Assembly: GCA_036782775.1 (NCBI GenBank)
Contig: DAIPYJ010000006.1
Location: 4,289 to 68,288 of the forward strand
Length of the DNA: 64,000 nucleotides
Source of the DNA: Candidatus Dormiibacterota bacterium
GTDB lineage: Bacteria; Chloroflexota; Dormibacteria; CF-121
Reading direction: 5' to 3'
Every line of letters starts with the position of its first letter. Position 1 is the first letter of the stretch. Positions 59,075 through 64,000 of the stretch are shown here, piece after piece. The position numbers and the translations under genes are program-made. Below the pieces are notes generated by a model that saw nothing but the letters and a program-made list of their open reading frames with translations, did no database searches and was not told the DNA's origin.

Positions 59075-59421
59075 CCGATCGCTCGCTGGGTTCGGTCAAG
59101 GTCGCGAACGAGGTCATCGCCCACATCGCCTCACTGACGACCTCCCAGGTGCAGGGCATCGTGGGGATGTACCCCGCGGGCTCTCGGGACGGCCACCGCC
59201 TGCTGCCCTCGAACACGTCGCACAAAGGGGTTCGCGTCGAGATGGGCAACGACACGCTGAACATCGACCTCTTCGTGATCGTCGATCATTCGGCGCACGT
59301 GCCGACGGTCGCCGCGGAAGTGCAGCGTCAGGTCGCGGACGCGATCGATAAAATGCTCGGCCTCGAAGTTCGGCAGGTCAACGTGTTTGTCGGCGACGTG
59401 AGGTTTCCTGAGGACGCCTAA
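59071..59421 (+). CDS. Asp23/Gls24 alkaline-shock family protein
   Basis: VKVANEVIAHIASLTTSQVQGIVGM. Conserved position before nusB. Confidence 0.8.
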   Translation: MTDRSLGSVKVANEVIAHIASLTTSQVQGIVGMYPAGSRDGHRLLPSNTSHKGVRVEMGNDTLNIDLFVIVDHSAHVPTVAAEVQRQVADAIDKMLGLEVRQVNVFVGDVRFPEDA

Positions 59422-59427
59422 CCGCTG

Positions 59428-59868
59428 ATGGGACGGCGGCACCTGGCGCGCGAGCTGGCGCTCAAAGTCCTCTTCGAGCTCGAAGGCGACGGCGCCAATC
59501 CGGACCGGTCGCTGCAGTACCACGCGGGCGAGGCTCGAGCCGACCAGGAGACCGTCGATTTTGCCCGCACCCTCATCCTCGGCGTGCAGGAGCACCGCGA
59601 GCCGATCGATGCCCGCCTGCGCGAGGCGTCTCAGCACTGGGACCTCGATCAGATGGCCAAAGTGGAGCGCACGCTGCTCCGGATTGCCACCTTCGAGCTC
59701 TGCTACCTGCCGAGCGTGCCGGTGAAGGCCGCCATCAACGAATCGATCGAGCTGGCCAAAACGTTCGGTGGGCCCGACTCGGGCAAATTCGTCAATGGGA
59801 TTCTGGGCCGGATCGCAGCGGAGGCGGCCAACCGCCCGGGCGCCGGCGCGGCGGCAGGCGATGCCTGA
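59428..59868 (+). CDS. nusB: transcription antitermination factor NusB
   Basis: [17 protein letters not shown]..., [12 protein letters not shown]. Confidence 0.9.
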   Translation: MGRRHLARELALKVLFELEGDGANPDRSLQYHAGEARADQETVDFARTLILGVQEHREPIDARLREASQHWDLDQMAKVERTLLRIATFELCYLPSVPVKAAINESIELAKTFGGPDSGKFVNGILGRIAAEAANRPGAGAAAGDA

Positions 59869-59884
59869 GGTGGACGAGGATGTC

Positions 59885-60085
59885 ATGACCATGGACTACG
59901 AATCCGCGCTCGCGCAATTGGAGCTGACCGTGCAGCAGCTGGGCCGCGACCAGGACGACCTGGCACGGTCGGTTCGCGCCTTCGAGCGCGGGCTGGCCCT
60001 GGCCCGCCGCTGCGCCAGCCTGCTCGACGATGCGGAGCGGCGCCTCAGCGGGCTGGCTGCGGGCCAGCCCTCAGCCGGCGGATGA
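59885..60085 (+). CDS. xseB: exodeoxyribonuclease VII small subunit
   Basis: 66 aa YESALAQLELTVQQLGRDQDDLARSVRAFERGLALARRC. No xseA adjacent. Confidence 0.75.
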   Translation: MTMDYESALAQLELTVQQLGRDQDDLARSVRAFERGLALARRCASLLDDAERRLSGLAAGQPSAGG

Positions 60086-60519
60086 GCCTGCTCGAAAACC
60101 CCTACTTCGTCGTGCCCTTGATCGCCTGGGCGATCGCCCAAACCTCAAAGGTCATCATCGACTCGGTGATCCTCCACCGGATCAGCGTCCGCCGGCTGGC
60201 GACGGCAGGCGGCATGCCCAGCTCTCACAGCGCCCTGGTCGTCTCCCTCACCACCATCATCGGCCGGCTACAGGGGATCTCCTCGCCGCTGTTTGCGCTC
60301 TCCCTGATCTTCAGCACGGTCGTCATGTACGACGCCACCGGCGTCCGGCGGGCGGCCGGCCAGCAGGCGATGATCCTCAACCGACTGCTGGACGATGTCT
60401 TCATCGCCCACCGCGGCATTCACCAGGAGCGGCTCCGCGAGTTGCTCGGCCATACGCCGATCGAGGTGATCGCCGGGGCGGCGCTCGGCATCGTGATCGG
60501 CGTCGGTCTCTGGCGATGA
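60082..60519 (+). CDS. divergent PAP2/DUF212 membrane protein
   Basis: Multi-TM, GMPSSHSA motif typical of DUF212 acid-phosphatase-like proteins. Confidence 0.65.
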   Translation: MSLLENPYFVVPLIAWAIAQTSKVIIDSVILHRISVRRLATAGGMPSSHSALVVSLTTIIGRLQGISSPLFALSLIFSTVVMYDATGVRRAAGQQAMILNRLLDDVFIAHRGIHQERLRELLGHTPIEVIAGAALGIVIGVGLWR

Positions 60520-61253
60520 CCGTGGCCGAACGCCGGCGCCTCGATCAGGAGCTGGTGGAGCGTGGCCTGGCGGCCTCTCGCGAGCGGGCCCAGGCGCTGG
60601 TTCGCGCCGGGTTGGTCCGCCTCGAAGGTCAAGTGGTCAGTCGGCCCGACCAGGCGGTTGCGCCCGAGCAGAAGCTCGAGCTCGCCGGCGGCAGCGAGTA
60701 TGTCAGCCGCGGCGCGGAGAAGCTGGAAGCGGCGCTGAGCAGTTTCGAGGTCGAGGTCGCGAATCGCAGCTGCCTCGACGTCGGAGCATCGACCGGCGGC
60801 TTTACGGAGGTGCTGCTCCGCCGTGGCGCCGCGCGGGTGATCGCGGTCGACGTCGGCTATGGACAGCTTGCCTGGAGCTTGCGACAGGATCGCCGGGTCG
60901 TGGTCATGGAGCGGGTCAACATCCGGCACCTCGAGCAGCTGCCGGTCCCCGCCGACCTCGCGGTGATCGACGTCTCCTTCATTTCCCTCCGCCTGGTGCT
61001 GCCGCGCGTCCGCGACCTGCTCACCGCGCCGGGGGAAGTCATCGCGCTGGTCAAACCGCAGTTCGAGGTGGGCAAAGGTGCGGTGGGGAAGGGAGGCGTG
61101 GTGCGGGACCCTGCCCAGCACCAGCTCGTGCTCGACCAGCTGACGGGATTTGCGCGGGAGTTGGGCTACGAGGTAAAAGGACAGATGGCGTCGCCGCTGC
61201 TCGGCGCCAAGGGCAATCGCGAATTCTTGATTCACCTGTTGCCGAATGGCTGA
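60516..61253 (+). CDS. tlyA: TlyA-family 2'-O-ribose rRNA methyltransferase/haemolysin
   Basis: S4 domain RLDQELVERGLAASRERAQALVRAG, FtsJ-like MTase LDVGASTGGFTEVLL. Confidence 0.85.
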   Translation: MTVAERRRLDQELVERGLAASRERAQALVRAGLVRLEGQVVSRPDQAVAPEQKLELAGGSEYVSRGAEKLEAALSSFEVEVANRSCLDVGASTGGFTEVLLRRGAARVIAVDVGYGQLAWSLRQDRRVVVMERVNIRHLEQLPVPADLAVIDVSFISLRLVLPRVRDLLTAPGEVIALVKPQFEVGKGAVGKGGVVRDPAQHQLVLDQLTGFARELGYEVKGQMASPLLGAKGNREFLIHLLPNG

Positions 61254-62124
61254 GCACGGCGGGGACCCGGCGACATCCAATCGCGGCCGGGTCGGCATCG
61301 TCTGCCACCCTCGCATCAACCTCGGTGGCCCGCCGATTGTCGACGCCATCCGCCTGCTCGAGGCTGACGGCTATCGAGTGTGGACCTATTGCGCCAGCAG
61401 CGAGGAACGACCGGGCGCCTTGACCGAGGACCTCGACGGCACCCGCTTGATCGTCAGCTTTGGCGGTGACGGGACGATGTTGTGGACCGCGCAGCAGGCG
61501 GGACCAGCCGGCATCCCGGTGCTGGGCGTGAACGCTGGCCGGCTTGGCTTCCTCACCCAGGTGCAGCTCGGCGAGGAAGCGGCCGCGCTCAAGCGCTGGA
61601 GCCAGGGAAAGTTCGTGCTGCAACGGCGCACCTTGCTCGATGTGCGCGTGGGCGATCGTGCCTTTCACGCGCTCAACGACGCCATGGTCGACAAGGGTGC
61701 CGAGATCAATTTCATCCGGCTCGAGGTCGCCGTCGACGGACAACCCGCCGGCAGCTTCGACGCGGACGGCATCATCGTGTCGACACCGACCGGGTCCACC
61801 GCCTATGCGCTCTCGTTGGGCGGCCCGATCGTCCACCCGGACGTTCAGACCCTGGTCTTCATGCCGCTCAACCCGCACAGCCTCTTCAACCGGCCGGTCA
61901 TCCTTCCGGAGCGGTCACGACTCACGGTTCGAATTCCACAGGCCGATAGCGTGCTCATCTGTGACGGCCAACCCAACCTGCCACTGACCGCCGGTGCCGA
62001 GGTCCACATCGCCGCCGGCCCGCAGGTGCAGCTGGTCCAGTTCGACGGCGGAAAAAACTTCTTTCACCTGCTCCGCCAAAAGCTGCGCTGGGGACAACCG
62101 TTGATCGACGGTGGCCAGCCATGA
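61246..62124 (+). CDS. nadK: NAD kinase
   Basis: GGDGTML, NAGRLGFL, DGIIVSTPTGSTAYALSLGGPIV. Confidence 0.9.
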   Translation: MAEHGGDPATSNRGRVGIVCHPRINLGGPPIVDAIRLLEADGYRVWTYCASSEERPGALTEDLDGTRLIVSFGGDGTMLWTAQQAGPAGIPVLGVNAGRLGFLTQVQLGEEAAALKRWSQGKFVLQRRTLLDVRVGDRAFHALNDAMVDKGAEINFIRLEVAVDGQPAGSFDADGIIVSTPTGSTAYALSLGGPIVHPDVQTLVFMPLNPHSLFNRPVILPERSRLTVRIPQADSVLICDGQPNLPLTAGAEVHIAAGPQVQLVQFDGGKNFFHLLRQKLRWGQPLIDGGQP

Positions 62125-62621
62125 CGGGCGCGTTGCATCGAGTCGGGCAGTTCTGGCGTCATGCGTCGGCACGGGTCGATGCCCGTGAGCGAGCAACCGT
62201 CCAGCAGATCCTTGGACCGACGCTGGCCCCGATCTTTTTCGAGCTCCCCCTCAACGATCAGCGCCATGGGCTCGACGTGCTCCAGACCGTCGACCAGCAG
62301 GAGCCGGCGCCCAGCCTGCTGCTGCGGCAGGCAGCGCTACTGCATGACGCCGGCAAGCAGGGGGCGGCATTTTCCGTGATCGATCGAAGTCTGACCGTCT
62401 TCCTGGCGGCGGTCTCACCGCGCCTCTTGAATGGACTGCTCGCCGGGCGGCCGGCGTTTGCTCGCCGGTTCCAGATTTACGCCAACCATGCCGCGATCGG
62501 TGCGGAGCGCCTGCGCGCCGCCGGTGCGCACGACCTGGCGGCGATCGTCGCCGAGCATCATGCGCCGCATCCCGGCCTCGAGGCGACCGAACAGCTCCAG
62601 CGGGCGGACCGGCGCAATTGA
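62121..62621 (+). CDS. HD-domain phosphohydrolase-like protein
   Basis: HGLDVL...LLHDAGK...HAAIGAERL...AEHHAPH pattern. Confidence 0.6.
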   Translation: MTGALHRVGQFWRHASARVDARERATVQQILGPTLAPIFFELPLNDQRHGLDVLQTVDQQEPAPSLLLRQAALLHDAGKQGAAFSVIDRSLTVFLAAVSPRLLNGLLAGRPAFARRFQIYANHAAIGAERLRAAGAHDLAAIVAEHHAPHPGLEATEQLQRADRRN

Positions 62622-63388
62622 CTCGTGAGATCGAGCCGGCCACCCAGCCGGAGCGCGCAACCGCCGAGTTCGAGCGCGATCCCGTCTTTCTGGTGCGGAC
62701 GCCCGCCTTCGATGGGCCGATCGAGTTGCTGTTGACGCTGGCGCTCCGCGCCGAGGTCGACCTCGAGGCCATTCCGCTGGCGAGCCTGACGGACGGTTAC
62801 TTGCGGGCGATCGAGGAATCACGTCCGCCGGTCGACCGGCTGGCTGCGTTTCTCGTGATCGGCGCTCGCCTGGTGCAGCTCAAGGCGGCAGGCCTGATGC
62901 CCTCGACGGCCGCAGAGCAGGAAGAGGACCTGGCGGCCTGGGAAGACGCCATCAAGGGACGGCTCGAGGAGTACAAGCGGTTCAAAGATCTGGCCGAGTC
63001 CTTGATGCGCCGCCATGCAAGCGGCCGGTTCACGTTTGCCGGCTTGCTCGAGGCCGAGGTCATTCCGCAAGCCCGGGTTCAGGTGAGCCTCGATGCGCTC
63101 GCAGCGGCGTTTCAGCAGGTGCTCGACAGGCTGCCGCCGGCGGAAGACGTGACGGTCAAGCTCGAGGAAGTGTCCCTTTCTGACAAATTGGACGCACTTC
63201 GGGCAATGCTGCGGCATCAACCGCAGCTCAACTTCACGGGCATCTTCCGACATGCGCGGAGCCGGATCGAGGCGGTGGTCACCTTTCTCGCCCTGCTGGA
63301 GCTGATTAGAATCGGTGAGGCCCGGGTGGTGCAGGCCTCCCCCTTCGGAGAAATCATGGTCCATTCCCAGCAAACGGAACCGGCATGA
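62618..63388 (+). CDS. scpA: segregation and condensation protein A
   Basis: FDGPIELLLTLALRAEVDLEAIPLASLTDGYL. Confidence 0.85.
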   Translation: MTREIEPATQPERATAEFERDPVFLVRTPAFDGPIELLLTLALRAEVDLEAIPLASLTDGYLRAIEESRPPVDRLAAFLVIGARLVQLKAAGLMPSTAAEQEEDLAAWEDAIKGRLEEYKRFKDLAESLMRRHASGRFTFAGLLEAEVIPQARVQVSLDALAAAFQQVLDRLPPAEDVTVKLEEVSLSDKLDALRAMLRHQPQLNFTGIFRHARSRIEAVVTFLALLELIRIGEARVVQASPFGEIMVHSQQTEPA

Positions 63389-63939
63389 CAGTCGAGATCA
63401 GCAGCGCAACGCAGGTTCGGGATACCGTCGGACTGGCCGCGGCGCTGGAAGCGGTCCTCTTTACCCTCAACCGGCCGGTCACCATGCTCGAGCTGCAGGA
63501 GATCCTTCAGTCGCCTCTGCCCGATGTCGAGGCGGCGGCGCTTTCGCTTCAGCAGGCGCTCGACGGACGAGGACTCTTGCTGCAGCGCCACCAGGATCAG
63601 TTGCAACTGGTCACGGCGCCCGGCCAGGCCGACGTCGTGCGGCGCGTGCTCCGTCCCGAATATCCTTCACGCCTCTCGCCGGCCGCGTATGAGACGCTCG
63701 CGATCGTTGCCTATCGCCAGCCGCTGACCCGCGCTCGGATCGAGGAGATCCGCGGCGTCAACTGCGAGGCGGTGTTGGAGAGCCTCGAGGAGAAAGGCCT
63801 GATCACCGAGACCGGCCGTCTGGACGCGCCGGGTAACCCGCGGCTCTTCGGCACGACCATCAAGTTTCTGCAAATCCTCGGCTTGCGCAGCCTCGACGAG
63901 CTGCCGCCGCTCGGCCCATCCGCCTCAACCACTACCTAG
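63385..63939 (+). CDS. scpB: segregation and condensation protein B
   Basis: LEAVLFTLNRPVTMLEL..., second winged helix LSPAAYETLAIVAYRQPLTRARIEEIRGV. Confidence 0.85.
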   Translation: MTVEISSATQVRDTVGLAAALEAVLFTLNRPVTMLELQEILQSPLPDVEAAALSLQQALDGRGLLLQRHQDQLQLVTAPGQADVVRRVLRPEYPSRLSPAAYETLAIVAYRQPLTRARIEEIRGVNCEAVLESLEEKGLITETGRLDAPGNPRLFGTTIKFLQILGLRSLDELPPLGPSASTTT

Positions 63940-64000
63940 CGCGCGCCGGGATCGCCGCCCGGCGCAAGGCCGACGCCTTGATCGCTTCGGGTCACGTCAC
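63918..64000 (+). CDS. rluB: pseudouridine synthase RluB-like, N-terminal S4 domain (3' truncated by window edge)
   Basis: RLNHYLARAGIAARRKADALIASGHV overlaps scpB end. No canonical start in frame. ATC 63918 is positioned exactly where the start is expected. Confidence 0.6.
   Translation, partial: MRLNHYLARAGIAARRKADALIASGHV

Overview
This is a 64 kb chromosomal segment with high GC (about 66-68%) and almost every gene on the + strand. Most of it is conserved housekeeping gene order with strong Firmicutes-like synteny: coaD ... rpmF-fabD-fabG-acpP-rnc, smc-ftsY-DUF2007-ylxM-ffh-rpsP-KH-rimM-trmD-rplS-rnhB-yraN, comM-dprA-topA, rpsB-tsf-pyrH-frr-uppS-cdsA-dxr-rseP-ispG, proS, relA, hisS-aspS, a DUF948/RsbW-like/SigB-like cluster, alaS ... 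ruvX-DUF1292-mltG-aroE-prepilin peptidase-PH-efp-asp23-nusB-xseB-DUF212-tlyA-nadK-HD-scpA-scpB-rluB. No rRNA, complete tRNA, CRISPR array, transposase or integrase was found.

Accessory or unusual content is embedded in this backbone:
- A minus-strand operon (DUF222/HNH nuclease, hexapeptide acetyltransferase, small Zn-ribbon protein, Nudix hydrolase) is driven by a textbook TTGACA-N17-TATAAT promoter whose spacer is a perfect LexA/Cheo box.
- An FtsA/PilM-family actin-like ATPase is translationally coupled to alaS. It carries a C-terminal amphipathic helix and is followed by a 528-aa bitopic membrane protein. The pair sits inside the conserved alaS-ruvX-DUF1292-mltG block. This is my best candidate for an undescribed module.
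- A 1.6 kb interval between coaD and rpmF lacks the usual yceD/DUF177 gene. It holds a frameshifted dienelactone hydrolase, a minus-strand 416-aa Ala/Arg-rich helical protein and a tRNA 3'-end-like fragment.
- A modE-like MerR-HTH+TOBE regulator precedes modABC and a VOC protein.
- A BNR-repeat lipoprotein is inserted between ispG and proS.
- A Pro/Ala/Thr tandem-repeat protein is coupled to a multi-domain GGDEF sensor.
- A possible unannotated 35-45 aa hydrophobic micro-ORF and a perfect 8-bp inverted repeat overlap the ylxM start.

Several conserved genes (fabD, rnc, SigB-like, mltG, rluB, yraN, cdsA, aroE) have conserved N-terminal motifs lying upstream of their first in-frame ATG/GTG/TTG. 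This implies non-canonical initiation or consensus errors.

Many long antisense ORFs in the track are GC-driven artifacts and were rejected.
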